From positions 1 to 54,776 of the IMG/VR virus record IMGVR_UViG_3300013132_000063: a stretch of 54,776 nt of DNA. The stretch is one strand, 5' to 3'. This stretch comes from a virus. Lineage: Duplodnaviria; Caudoviricetes. Both the position numbers and the translations under genes were made by a program. Positions within the stretch are counted from its first letter, which is position 1, and every line of letters begins with the position of its first letter. The notes below the pieces were generated by a model that did no database searches, had not been told where the DNA came from, and worked only from the letters and a program-made list of their open reading frames with translations. This document shows, one piece after another, positions 38,269 to 47,749 of this stretch.

Positions 38269-38550
38269 CTAGATTCGGACAACAATCGTATTTACGATTA
38301 TGCCCCTCTTCTTTCTTACTCTTTCTCTGTCTTGCGGAGTGAGACCGCCCCAAACTCCATGTACTTCGTGGACTATACCCCACTCAGCACACTCAGTTAT
38401 GTGAACGCAAGAGTTGCAAATTCTTTTAGAAGCGTTGTAATCAATCTCGCTCATTCCTGGTTTTTTATCGTCTCTATCGTCTTGAAAAAATAATTCTGCT
38501 CCTACCTGTGCACATAGTGGTTGATTAAACTCCCAAGGCAATCCTGACAC
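38269..38550 (-). CDS. whiB: WhiB-family transcription factor
   Basis: LCAQVGAELFF...KRICNSC..ITECAEWG...GVWGGLTPQDRER. Confidence 0.92.
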   Translation of the reverse strand: MSGLPWEFNQPLCAQVGAELFFQDDRDDKKPGMSEIDYNASKRICNSCVHITECAEWGIVHEVHGVWGGLTPQDRERVRKKRGIIVNTIVVRI

Positions 38551-38575
38551 GAATAAAATCCTTCCCCGTTAATAT

Positions 38576-38893
38576 TTACTTGTTTTTGTTCTCTAGCGCT
38601 CCCACTTCATATCCGCAGCCAGCGTAACCAGCAATATCAATCCAAGTGTCTGGCTGATATCCAGACTTGGAAGCATAACGAGCCATCTTGAGCCCTACCA
38701 TCATCATTGCTACATCTTCGTTAGAGATTGGCACACCAAGAATGACAGACCAAATTTGAGCCGTTCGCTCAAAATTATTCTCAGGAGCACCATACTGCTT
38801 GTTTCTATCACTTGAGATTATCCTTGCTGCCTCTCGCAAAGCCTCTACTCTAAGTGGTTGTTGCTCTGGGCTAGGTGAACTATCTGTCGTCAT
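38576..38893 (-). CDS. DUF6378-like phage protein
   Basis: DRNKQYG.PENNF.R.AQIWS...DVAMMMVGLKMAR...DTWIDIAGYA. Confidence 0.75.
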   Translation of the reverse strand: MTTDSSPSPEQQPLRVEALREAARIISSDRNKQYGAPENNFERTAQIWSVILGVPISNEDVAMMMVGLKMARYASKSGYQPDTWIDIAGYAGCGYEVGALENKNK

Positions 38894-39089
38894 TTCGTAC
38901 CCTCGCTATTACTTCTACTAGATATTTTTTGTCTTCGTTACTGTCACTTATCGTCGTTTCGTAATTTACATACTTTAGTGGGTCTTCTGACTTACTGTCC
39001 ACTATTGGGGAAATTTTTTCTTTTATAGTCTCCAACATTTCTTCTCTGTCGTCGGCTAGGAAAGAAAATTTGTATGTCATTGAGCGCAT
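38880..39089 (-). CDS. Small hypothetical protein
   Basis: Tightly packed co-directional ORF. Confidence 0.6.
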   Translation of the reverse strand: MRSMTYKFSFLADDREEMLETIKEKISPIVDSKSEDPLKYVNYETTISDSNEDKKYLVEVIARVRNDDR

Positions 39090-39090
39090 A

Positions 39091-39513
39091 CTAAACCAGT
39101 TTCTCTAGATTCTCTGGTCTAAAGTGAACTCCATCTAACAAAGGAGTTTTCTCATCAGTGCTCTTGATAACAATATCTCCATAGCGAACACCAACAACTT
39201 TTCCACGGCGTCCGTTAAGATGATTCCTGCCACTAACAGAATCAAAGGCATCAAATTTAACTCTGACTATATCAGTTACCTTTAGGTCTCCTGCTCTAGC
39301 AGGTCCCCACTTTTCGTCTTTGTTTTCTTTAATAAGAGCATGTCCCAAGGATAGTTTTCCAAAAATTTTAACTATCTCGGCATCATTTTTACCAGTTCTT
39401 TCTTTTAGTTCGTCCCAAGTAGCAAGCAGTTTGAGAACAGCATCTCCTACCGCTTTTCTTGTTTTAGTTTGGATAAATTGTTCCTTTACCCAGTCTGTAT
39501 CTACATTAGGCAT
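39091..39513 (-). CDS. Hypothetical protein with SH3/KOW-like C-terminal part
   Basis: DIVRVK...NGRRGKVVGVRYGDIVI; AGGAG RBS. Confidence 0.65.
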   Translation of the reverse strand: MPNVDTDWVKEQFIQTKTRKAVGDAVLKLLATWDELKERTGKNDAEIVKIFGKLSLGHALIKENKDEKWGPARAGDLKVTDIVRVKFDAFDSVSGRNHLNGRRGKVVGVRYGDIVIKSTDEKTPLLDGVHFRPENLEKLV

Positions 39514-39523
39514 TTTTCTCCTT

Positions 39524-40543
39524 TCATGCGTATGTTTTTTGGAGCAAGATATTGCCCAAATTATCTTTTACATCTGCCCAAGCGGGCAAATCCTGTATGT
39601 AATATTCTTTCTGTTTCTTAGCAACATCAAGCCTAGCCCAAGAAGACATCTCCTCTATTGCTGAAGGCAATACTGCCCACTCAGCGCCCATATGCGCTGT
39701 GTGACGCCAGTCTGTTGCTGCTGGAACTCCTACAAATAGCGCTTGAGAAAGCGTAGGCATCCACCACGAGTTTCCGTCCTTATAGATGGAGATAAGGGCT
39801 CCTATTGACCCGCTAAGGCGTTCTAAGACGTCTTTATTGCCTTCCCACTTATTCATACGGAATGGAACAATCGGGTTTATCAAACTTTCGCCTACGCTCT
39901 GAGACCACTTAGTTTTTATGTTGTCAGCACACCAGTAATTTCCATCAACTGCAGTAGTTCTGTCCTGCTGAATCTCAAGCAGGTAAGAGTCAGGAGAAAC
40001 TAAAAACAACTTGCTGCTATCTATGTTTGGTATGTATTTAGACACAACCGCAGAAGTTGTCCAAGGATAGGAAGGAATAATTGTCTTAGGCCAAGTCTCT
40101 GTATAAAGTTTGTTTATTCCAGAGACAATATTATTGAAGTTGTTCTCTTTTAAAACTAAATTATATTCTCGCTTTTTTGAGTAAAAGCCTTTGACTAAAG
40201 ATTTTGGGTTTTTGTAAATTTCTCTAAAGCCAGCGTAAATTTTATGTGGGTCTGGTGTATCAATAAATATAGATAGGTTGCCTAACTCAAGGCAATGTTT
40301 GGCGACAGATAAAGCGCCATAGATTCTGTGCGATATGACATTTGTAGGCGAGGATAGCCCAAGCAAAACAGAATCAAACTGAGATAAATAGTCTTTTGTA
40401 AGATTAACTGAAGGGCTGTCCCAGACTACTTCACAGCCTAGTTCTACAAGCGCAGCGTTTATAGTTCCAGCGAAAGAAGCATTCTTTTCATTTGAATACT
40501 TAGATGCGTGTGCTGCTGTGCATCCAGTTATAAAAACTTTCAT
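39524..40543 (-). CDS. Putative GT-B fold protein resembling T4 DNA beta-glucosyltransferase
   Basis: MKVFITG start, ALVELGCEV, QFDSVLLG, SIFID, and GSIGALIS...WW.PTLSQAL..GVP; ORF is solid, family call is by eye. Confidence 0.5.
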   Translation of the reverse strand: MKVFITGCTAAHASKYSNEKNASFAGTINAALVELGCEVVWDSPSVNLTKDYLSQFDSVLLGLSSPTNVISHRIYGALSVAKHCLELGNLSIFIDTPDPHKIYAGFREIYKNPKSLVKGFYSKKREYNLVLKENNFNNIVSGINKLYTETWPKTIIPSYPWTTSAVVSKYIPNIDSSKLFLVSPDSYLLEIQQDRTTAVDGNYWCADNIKTKWSQSVGESLINPIVPFRMNKWEGNKDVLERLSGSIGALISIYKDGNSWWMPTLSQALFVGVPAATDWRHTAHMGAEWAVLPSAIEEMSSWARLDVAKKQKEYYIQDLPAWADVKDNLGNILLQKTYA

Positions 40544-40561
40544 TGAAACCTTTTTCTGAAG

Positions 40562-40608
40562 GATTACTAGGTGCTACGCACTTCCCCAAGCAGTAACACC
40601 TAGTAATC
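40562..40608 (-). terminator. Long stem-loop after the SSB gene (terminator or mRNA processing/stability element)
   Basis: Perfect 12-bp inverted repeat GATTACTAGGTG / CACCTAGTAATC, extendable inward; no U-tract. Confidence 0.65.
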
Positions 40609-40616
40609 ACATCTAT

Positions 40617-41156
40617 TTAGAACGGGGCTGCTGGAGCCGCGGTTTGTGCTGCCGCTGGTGCGGGAGCAGGTGCTGGTGCTGGAGCAGGTGCTGGTGCAGG
40701 GGCAGCAGCAGTTACTGAAACACCAGCAGCGGTTGCTGATGTAGCAACTGCTGGATAGTAGTTCTTAATTTCGTTTTTCTTTTGTCCTTGCCAAGTGCGT
40801 GTACCGACTTGAGCACGGAAACGACGACCAACAAGAATCTGCTCAATCTGAGCATTTGTTGGTTGCGGTTGCTGCATGAAATATTCACGAGGCAAGCCTA
40901 GAGCGTGCATCTTTTTGAAGAAGATACCAAGTGCTGCTTGGCTGTCAGGTGAAACAACTAAGTTGTCCCAAACCAGACGCTTGTTATGAGCACCGCCCTC
41001 AACTTGTGATTTCAGCGCGAACATTGTCTTGCCGCTTTGTGAGACCTTGGCAGTTGCTTCTAGCACCACAAGGTCATAGTCGCCGTCTGGTAACGCATCA
41101 TACGTTCCAGTTTCGCCGGCTTCCTTGATGAGGTCACTCCAATTGAGAGTACTCAC
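40617..41156 (-). CDS. DUF669-like single-stranded DNA-binding protein
   Basis: ALPDGDY...SQSGKTM...RLVWDNL...KNEIK; Pro-Ala tail ending PF; lies next to the Sak4-like gene. Confidence 0.75.
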   Translation of the reverse strand: MSTLNWSDLIKEAGETGTYDALPDGDYDLVVLEATAKVSQSGKTMFALKSQVEGGAHNKRLVWDNLVVSPDSQAALGIFFKKMHALGLPREYFMQQPQPTNAQIEQILVGRRFRAQVGTRTWQGQKKNEIKNYYPAVATSATAAGVSVTAAAPAPAPAPAPAPAPAPAAAQTAAPAAPF

Positions 41157-41935
41157 TCTGTTACCTCTTTCTTAGTAGTAGTTGTTGCTGTTTGTCGTGG
41201 ACCAAAAATCATGTCAAGCATTCGGTCTACAGACAAATTCTGTTGTTCAACGATGGCGCCGAGGCGTCCTTGGACACGCTCACCCGCTTCGTAGTCATTT
41301 GTGCGTTCGACGTACATACGACGAACTTTTTGTGGCGCTTGCATTGGGTCAATACTCTGAAGAGTTTCAACTGTAATTGCGCCGAGAATGTCGTAGAAGT
41401 AAGGCGCTTGGATAGCCAACTGTCCTTGTAGATAAGGACGGTGACGACCATCTTGGCTTGTTCTTGACATAGCCGTAAGCACTACTGCTTCTAGTGGATT
41501 AGTTGGGTGCATAGTCAAATCGCGGAGGTCGCGTAGAAGACCGCCCATGTGACGAAGTAATTCGCCCCACTGTTGCATCTTCATCTGCTCTGTTCCAGCA
41601 ATTGAGTCCATACACTTGACCTGAAGTTCAGAGATTGAATCAATAATCAAACTCTTGAAATGATGGCGACCAAGTTGTAGCCATTGATAAGTCTTGATGA
41701 CAGTGTCGTAGTCACGAACAGTAACTACAACTGTGTCCCAAGTTCCGTCTGCGATTGGTGGTTCCTCACGCAGCGGGTCCCAATACTTCACAACGATTGG
41801 CAGGAATCGATGCCCGCCCTCAACGTCAAGCATTAGGCGAGGATATGGTGCGGTTACAGCAAAAGTTGATTTACCAACCTTGCTCTCTCCATAAACCATA
41901 ACCGTTAGAGAGCGTTGAATTTCGCTCATTGTCAC
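41153..41935 (-). CDS. Sak4-like (AAA_24) ssDNA-annealing ATPase
   Basis: VYGESKVGKST, LDVEGG, LIIDSISELQ. Confidence 0.82.
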   Translation of the reverse strand: MTMSEIQRSLTVMVYGESKVGKSTFAVTAPYPRLMLDVEGGHRFLPIVVKYWDPLREEPPIADGTWDTVVVTVRDYDTVIKTYQWLQLGRHHFKSLIIDSISELQVKCMDSIAGTEQMKMQQWGELLRHMGGLLRDLRDLTMHPTNPLEAVVLTAMSRTSQDGRHRPYLQGQLAIQAPYFYDILGAITVETLQSIDPMQAPQKVRRMYVERTNDYEAGERVQGRLGAIVEQQNLSVDRMLDMIFGPRQTATTTTKKEVTE

Positions 41936-42858
41936 TCGCTTCCTGTTTTGTCTGTGTCATAGTAGGCATAAGGGTCTACTTCCTCGTACATTTCACTAAG
42001 TGCTTGTTCAACAGCGCTTCCGTCATCGAACATTGGGCATATAGCGAAGAACGGACATTTCCATTTGCAATCTCTACTTGCTCGTGGATATGCCAAGAAC
42101 GCTGGATTTTCTCCTGCGTCCAATCCTGTTTTGACTTTCATCAAGTCAGCAATCGTTCCGTGAATCCTATTCCAGAACGAGCGCAAAGTAAAAACATTGT
42201 GTCTAATTTCAACATGCTCATAGAAAGGTGGCTTAGCAGCAGCAGTACGACGCACTTTCTTCAGCAATGTAAAGATTCCGCCTTCTGAGCGCTCCTTCTC
42301 ATTAAACTTAGTTGACTCAAGAAGCATATAAGTCATAACTTGCTCGTTCATATGAGCCATACTGGCAAACTCAGATAGCGAACCACCTACAGTCTTGAAG
42401 TCACGAAACATACGAACTCCGTCAGCCTTGCGACGAACACGCATATCAAGTTTTCCTTGAAGTTCTACTTCACCATTGAATAGTGGAGCAACAATCTTTT
42501 CTTCAGTAGAAATCATCTCTAGTTCAGCATCAATGCCGTTTTCTGCTACCCATTGCTCGTAGCCTTCAAGCATAATGCGACCAAGTTCTGCTTCGGTTTC
42601 TAGTTCGTAAACATCTCTAAACTCAGCAAGAAGAAGTTGTTTGTCGTTCTCAACTAAATCTGCGTGTGCTTTTAGAAGCGGAACGCCAGTCGAGTAGTGA
42701 GCATCTAAGGCTGCGTGAATTCTTGAACCAAGCGCTAAAGCGCCAGTCATATCTTTTGATTTTGGTTGTAGACGGCGATAGTAAGTTAGCCACCAACGTC
42801 TGCGACAATCTTTGAATGTTTGTATCTCTGTATTAGATAGTCTGTATGGACTACTCAT
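41932..42858 (-). CDS. PD-(D/E)XK exonuclease (RecB/Cas4-like)
   Basis: LSNTEIQTFKDCRRRW, GSRIH, GKLD, DFKT, Q...Y, CKWKCPFFAIC. Confidence 0.85.
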   Translation of the reverse strand: MSSPYRLSNTEIQTFKDCRRRWWLTYYRRLQPKSKDMTGALALGSRIHAALDAHYSTGVPLLKAHADLVENDKQLLLAEFRDVYELETEAELGRIMLEGYEQWVAENGIDAELEMISTEEKIVAPLFNGEVELQGKLDMRVRRKADGVRMFRDFKTVGGSLSEFASMAHMNEQVMTYMLLESTKFNEKERSEGGIFTLLKKVRRTAAAKPPFYEHVEIRHNVFTLRSFWNRIHGTIADLMKVKTGLDAGENPAFLAYPRASRDCKWKCPFFAICPMFDDGSAVEQALSEMYEEVDPYAYYDTDKTGSE

Positions 42859-44654
42859 AGAGCCCCCGCCTTATCATCTTGTAGAAGTTTGAGTAGTTGG
42901 TCTTTGTCACGAACAATCTGCTCAAAGTTATCTGCCTTGGTTTCAAGGACTTGAATTACACGTTCTTCAATAGTTCCTTCAGTTACATAATCTGTAATCA
43001 CAATTGAGTTATGAATTTCAGAACCAATACGATGTACGCGGTCAAGAACTTGTTTGTGGTCAACTAAAGACCAAGGACGTTGTAACATAATCAATCTGCG
43101 TGCTGCTGTAAGAGTAATACCAACACCCCCCGCTTGCGCTGTGAAGAGAATCCAGCGTATAGCGCCAGACTGGAAATCGTCAATAGCCTTCTGACGCTCA
43201 TCTTCGTTTTGGTCTCCAGTAATAAGACCATGCGGAATCTTTGCGTTTGTCAACTCTGCGCTAAGCAGATTGATAAGTTGTTTAGAGACTGCGCATACTG
43301 CTACAGAGTCATCACCAAAGTCACCATTATCAATATCATCCATCAACGCTTCAACTTTACAAGACGGAGAATCTAATACTGCTTTTGCCTCACCAGTTGT
43401 TTCGTCAACATCTAAAGTTGCGTAGGAACTAGCGAACTGTAGAAGTCTGATGGTCTGAGTCAAGACACTTGGCGCTGCCAAAGTATCGCCAGACTCAAGT
43501 TCGGCAATCATCAAATCACGCATTTGTTCGTAAGCCTTTTTTTGCTTAGTTGACATTTCTACATCTCGGCGTTCATTGACTACTGGTGGAAGATGTGGTA
43601 GCACAACTTTTTTGAGCATACGACGCATAACTGGATTTACAGTTTTATAAAACTCATCCTGCATTGTTGGCTTTACGCCAATAACCATCATTCCACCAAA
43701 AGCGTTGAGCATCGTGTCAACCATTCGGTCAATCCACTTAGTCTTGCTAGGCCAGTCTTTAGGAGAAATCCAATGAAGGATTGACCAAAGGTCAACGACA
43801 TTGTTAGCAATAGGAGTACCTGTTAGAGCAAATCTAATTTCAGCGTTACCACTTGCTGCCCAGAGCGCACGACTTTGCTTGCTCTTAGGGTCTTTAGAGC
43901 GATGAATTTCATCAGCAACTACCGCTTTGAAATCAATTTTATTTAATTCTCGTAATGTAACTTCACATTGATTTTCAGTGACTTTTTCATCGTGTCCACC
44001 CATAGCAACACATCTTTTAAGTGCAATCGAGCCATAAGGTGCTAGGCGAGAGTGTGCTCGTAGCGATTCCCAGTTGATAATAAATACTTGAGCATCTTCT
44101 TCAAATTGTCGTTTGCGTTGTGCTGCTGAACCTTTGATTACTTGAGTCTTGACATCAGGCCACCACTTCTTGAACTCTCTAGCCCAGTTCTTCTTCAAGG
44201 TGTTAGGGCAGACAATCAAGGCTGGAAAAACAGGTGTTCCTTGGTCTTGTAACTCTTTCAAGGCTCGGATGGCTTGGGCAGTCTTACCTAGCCCTGGCTC
44301 ATCGGCTAGCAAGGCTCGTTTAGCGGTAGAGAGGAACTTTACGCCCGCTCTCTGGTGAGGAAAGAGAATCTCATCACCATCATAGGTTTCTAACTCTCTA
44401 AGGGCTGTGGAGGGATTTATACGGGTATTTAGTTCGTTGGTTGCCCATTCGGTAAGAGATGGTCCAATCGTCAAATCGTTGCGGAATGTGGAGCGTAAAG
44501 CCAAACAAGCAGTCCAACTAAGGGGAACACGCCAAACCTGCTCTGAGGGGCTCCAGGAGGCTCCTGGAAGGGATTTTATAAGTTCCTTGAAGCGCCAGTC
44601 AGCAGTGATGAGGATATGTTCTCTCGCATTATCAATCTCTACTGTAACTGCCAC
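42855..44654 (-). CDS. SNF2-family helicase
   Basis: LLADEPGLGKT, ADEIH, LTGTP, GGVGITL, QVLDRVHRIG. Confidence 0.92.
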   Translation of the reverse strand: MAVTVEIDNAREHILITADWRFKELIKSLPGASWSPSEQVWRVPLSWTACLALRSTFRNDLTIGPSLTEWATNELNTRINPSTALRELETYDGDEILFPHQRAGVKFLSTAKRALLADEPGLGKTAQAIRALKELQDQGTPVFPALIVCPNTLKKNWAREFKKWWPDVKTQVIKGSAAQRKRQFEEDAQVFIINWESLRAHSRLAPYGSIALKRCVAMGGHDEKVTENQCEVTLRELNKIDFKAVVADEIHRSKDPKSKQSRALWAASGNAEIRFALTGTPIANNVVDLWSILHWISPKDWPSKTKWIDRMVDTMLNAFGGMMVIGVKPTMQDEFYKTVNPVMRRMLKKVVLPHLPPVVNERRDVEMSTKQKKAYEQMRDLMIAELESGDTLAAPSVLTQTIRLLQFASSYATLDVDETTGEAKAVLDSPSCKVEALMDDIDNGDFGDDSVAVCAVSKQLINLLSAELTNAKIPHGLITGDQNEDERQKAIDDFQSGAIRWILFTAQAGGVGITLTAARRLIMLQRPWSLVDHKQVLDRVHRIGSEIHNSIVITDYVTEGTIEERVIQVLETKADNFEQIVRDKDQLLKLLQDDKAGAL

Positions 44655-44730
44655 TTGCTACTCCCTTGTTGTCATTCTTTGTAGATACGGTATCAGAAAA
44701 AATAGTTTTTTACTTTTCCAAGACCGTAAC

Positions 44731-45198
44731 CTAGTTTAGCAGAACTGTAGGCTTCCAACCCTGTTTTACTAAATATAATAGTGCGTGGCGTGTCGCGTCA
44801 AGTGCGTGACCCTCTCCACCTTTATGCCAAACCCCTACCTTTTTGATTCGGTCATTGGGAAACATAGTTTTGGCATCTACTGGAGCCTGAAACTTTATAT
44901 TTTCTGCTCCATATCCCCGCATACGGCAAGTATGCTTCAAAACTCCAATTTGTTCAAGACTAAATGGCGCTTGTGAATTTCTTACAGTTTGCGCTGTAAT
45001 TGTGAAGCGCTCGCAGACAACGGCAAACTTTTCGTAGTTGCGCCAGCCAGTCATAGCAACATCTACAGTCGTATAAAAATCTCGTTCATCAACTTCTATA
45101 GATAACTTTTGTTGTGGAACCTCGTCCATAACATTCCACTCTAATAAAACAACTCCACTTATTTTTCCTGGGTCTACAGCAAGGACTGCTTGAGACAT
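44731..45198 (-). CDS. ruvC: RuvC-like Holliday junction resolvase
   Basis: LAVDPG, VVCERF, EQIG, HALDATRH. Confidence 0.75.
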   Translation of the reverse strand: MSQAVLAVDPGKISGVVLLEWNVMDEVPQQKLSIEVDERDFYTTVDVAMTGWRNYEKFAVVCERFTITAQTVRNSQAPFSLEQIGVLKHTCRMRGYGAENIKFQAPVDAKTMFPNDRIKKVGVWHKGGEGHALDATRHALLYLVKQGWKPTVLLN

Positions 45199-47018
45199 TA
45201 GTACTTATCCCCCCACGTTTCTAGCGGGCCATCAATACCAGCAGTTAGTGGCACGGACCAGCCTTCGGTTGTTGTCATACATTGTTGAACAATCTTTTTG
45301 ATTTCTTCAGTATCCTCTCGCGGCGCTTGAAGAACAATTTCATCGTGTACTGGAACTATCAGATACTCAGTAAGGTCTGCTTGGTCTAGTTTTACAAGAT
45401 TGCTCTTGAACACTTCGGCAGCACCCCCCTGAATGAGATAGTTGATAAGAGTGTACACACGACCATCGTCACAAGGAATCTTACGACCAGTCCAAGTGTG
45501 AATATAGCCTTGACCTTCTTGTCGCTCTCGTGTTGCTCCTATGTGCTCTACCTTCTTTTGGAACTTAATCATTCCTGGATAGCGCCTATCAAAAGCGTCA
45601 GATACGGCCTTCATCTGCGCTTCAGATACACCAGCAGTAAGTGCTTGCTTGGCAACTCCTGCGCCATATAAACGACCATAGACCATTCCTTTGATAAGAG
45701 TTCTGCGTTTATCTGAGCGACTCATCTCAGGTTCTTGATACACCTCACGGCCAATTTCGGTAAATGGGTCCGAGCCAGTTGCATCAGCACGATTGAATAG
45801 ATTGACAAGGTTTGGGTCTTGAGAGAGCGAGGCAAACATACGAAACTCAACTTGGTCAAGGTCTGAGGTAATAATAACGTGGTCTTTATCTTTAGGAATA
45901 AAGGCTTTGCGGACAGTGTCATCACCTTTTGGAAGAGTCTGTAGCGCTGGGTCAGTGATAGACATACGAGATGTGCGAGCACCTAAAGTTTTGACAGAAG
46001 GATGAAGAATTCCATTAACATTTTTGTTTAAGAAGTTTAGAAAGTAAGTGCTAGCAAGTTTGTCTGCCTTACGAAGTTTGAGAACAGTTTCAGCAAGATT
46101 TTTTACTTCATCATTTCCATCACGCACAAGCATCTTCAACTGGTCTTTGGTACAGGCTTTCTGACCAGACGGAGTGAACTCTGTAATCTCAGCGCCAAGT
46201 TGCTCAAATAATCTAACTAGTTGCATATTGCTAGTTAGGCTGGTTCCAGCATAAGTACTTGCTCCCCAAGATTTGACGCTATCTGTATAGGCAATAAGTT
46301 CGTCGTATTTTTTCTTGGAGTACTCAAGGTCAACACGAGCGCCATTGATTTCCATACGAGTAACAATTTTGCGAGCAGCCATCTCAAGTTCGTAGGCTTG
46401 GTAATAAGGCTGTCCAGGGCCGCATTTCTTATAAAACTGCTCCCATAAACGCATTGTTAGAATTGTGTCTAGAGCGCCATAAGACCAGTAGGGCTCAAAG
46501 TTGGTAGGAACAGTTCCCCAAGTCCAGCCATTTTTTATAAGGTCAATATCAAGTTTGTCTTGTAAGTGTGCTGCGTGTTGGTCAACGAGACGAGCAGATA
46601 AAGGTTTCAAACCTCCAGGACCAAGCGGGTCAATAAGATGAGCCATAATCATTGTGTCGTGTGCTCTATGCCAAGGAATTTCCCAACGGGACTTAACAGC
46701 AAACCATCGTGCTTCAAATGCTATGTTGTGACAAACAAGTGGTCCATCAAATTTATCCATTGCTTCATAGAAAACACCAGACCATTCGTCCCAAGGGATA
46801 GACCAGCCACGCATTCCATCTCCAACTTGTACAAGTCGTAAATCACCATGCCAAGGAGAAAGTGCATCTTCTCGTGGTCTTCCAGGTCGTTCGCCAGTTT
46901 CTGTATCAACAGCAATAGCGTTATGCGGTCTGCGCTCGCCAAGCCAAGAAATAAATTGGTTTGCTTTTTCTACAGAGTCAATAAGAGTGACTTGTATTCC
47001 GTCTAGTCCTTTTGTCAT
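45198..47018 (-). CDS. polA: DNA polymerase family A with 3'-5' exonuclease domain
   Basis: Exo motifs VDTET, HNIAFE, YGALD; RTSRMS, motif A SDLDQVEFR, motif B RTLIKGMVYGRLYG, motif C VHDE. Confidence 0.93.
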   Translation of the reverse strand: MTKGLDGIQVTLIDSVEKANQFISWLGERRPHNAIAVDTETGERPGRPREDALSPWHGDLRLVQVGDGMRGWSIPWDEWSGVFYEAMDKFDGPLVCHNIAFEARWFAVKSRWEIPWHRAHDTMIMAHLIDPLGPGGLKPLSARLVDQHAAHLQDKLDIDLIKNGWTWGTVPTNFEPYWSYGALDTILTMRLWEQFYKKCGPGQPYYQAYELEMAARKIVTRMEINGARVDLEYSKKKYDELIAYTDSVKSWGASTYAGTSLTSNMQLVRLFEQLGAEITEFTPSGQKACTKDQLKMLVRDGNDEVKNLAETVLKLRKADKLASTYFLNFLNKNVNGILHPSVKTLGARTSRMSITDPALQTLPKGDDTVRKAFIPKDKDHVIITSDLDQVEFRMFASLSQDPNLVNLFNRADATGSDPFTEIGREVYQEPEMSRSDKRRTLIKGMVYGRLYGAGVAKQALTAGVSEAQMKAVSDAFDRRYPGMIKFQKKVEHIGATRERQEGQGYIHTWTGRKIPCDDGRVYTLINYLIQGGAAEVFKSNLVKLDQADLTEYLIVPVHDEIVLQAPREDTEEIKKIVQQCMTTTEGWSVPLTAGIDGPLETWGDKY

Positions 47019-47048
47019 TTCGTCTTTTTTTCCTTCTTTTCTCTGGTC

Positions 47049-47519
47049 TTACGGAATCATTTCTACTCTATACACGCTATCTATTTTTTCGTCATTTTCG
47101 GACGCTCGTTCCAAAAGCCGCTGCGCTACATTGGTTAGATATCTTGCCCCATTGTGGTCGTATTTGTAAAGAGCATCAAGTACTGGTTTTGGGTCTTCTG
47201 AAACTTGAGCCCAGTAACGATACTTTTCTGGAAAGACCATAGGCAATGTTCTAAAAGGATTACATATCTCACAAGGAATTGCATCCTTATTTAGACTATT
47301 TGGGTTTTCTTCAGTTAAGTTGTAGTTTTTGACTGAAGAGCAAGCGGCTCCGTGATAGACAAGAGATACTCCAATACGAGAGAGAATGTAAGAGCCATTC
47401 TCAGTTCTGTATAGGGCAAACTCAATCCAACGAGTAGAACCTCGTCTCCAAGACGAAGACTCGCCTAGGAGACGTCCGTTAAATTGAAGAGTGCGTGAGC
47501 CGTCTTTTACCTCAAACAT
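47049..47519 (-). CDS. Hypothetical protein
   Basis: GGAG RBS favours ATG 47519 (MFEVKDG...); contains H..C and CEIC. Confidence 0.7.
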   Translation of the reverse strand: MFEVKDGSRTLQFNGRLLGESSSWRRGSTRWIEFALYRTENGSYILSRIGVSLVYHGAACSSVKNYNLTEENPNSLNKDAIPCEICNPFRTLPMVFPEKYRYWAQVSEDPKPVLDALYKYDHNGARYLTNVAQRLLERASENDEKIDSVYRVEMIP

Positions 47520-47520
47520 T

Positions 47521-47739
47521 TTATTTGTTTGGCTCCTCCAACAACTCATTTACTGAAGGAAACTCTTTTTTCTCTTCAGGCTGAGGTGTGGTGTCTTTTC
47601 TTAATAAATCATAAGCGTGCTGCAGTTTTGTGTATTGAGCACGAATGTTGGCAATGTCTAATTCATAATTGGAGATTAGTTCTCCAATTCTTTGTTTTAG
47701 AGCAATGATTACTAAGTCTTTGTCGTTAGCGTCTGTCAT
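47521..47739 (-). CDS. Small coiled-coil protein
   Basis: IIALKQRIGELISNYELDIANIRAQY; TAGAGT + 7 nt + ATG. Confidence 0.65.
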   Translation of the reverse strand: MTDANDKDLVIIALKQRIGELISNYELDIANIRAQYTKLQHAYDLLRKDTTPQPEEKKEFPSVNELLEEPNK

Positions 47740-47749
47740 AGAAATTACT

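Noticed and set aside
41932-42858. Cas4-like nuclease as evidence of CRISPR-Cas
   Set aside because: No array or other cas genes; it lies in a standard Sak4/SSB recombination module
44787-44795. Second CGACACGCC box on the minus strand
   Set aside because: Lies in RuvC codons for the conserved DATRH motif, so protein constraint explains it
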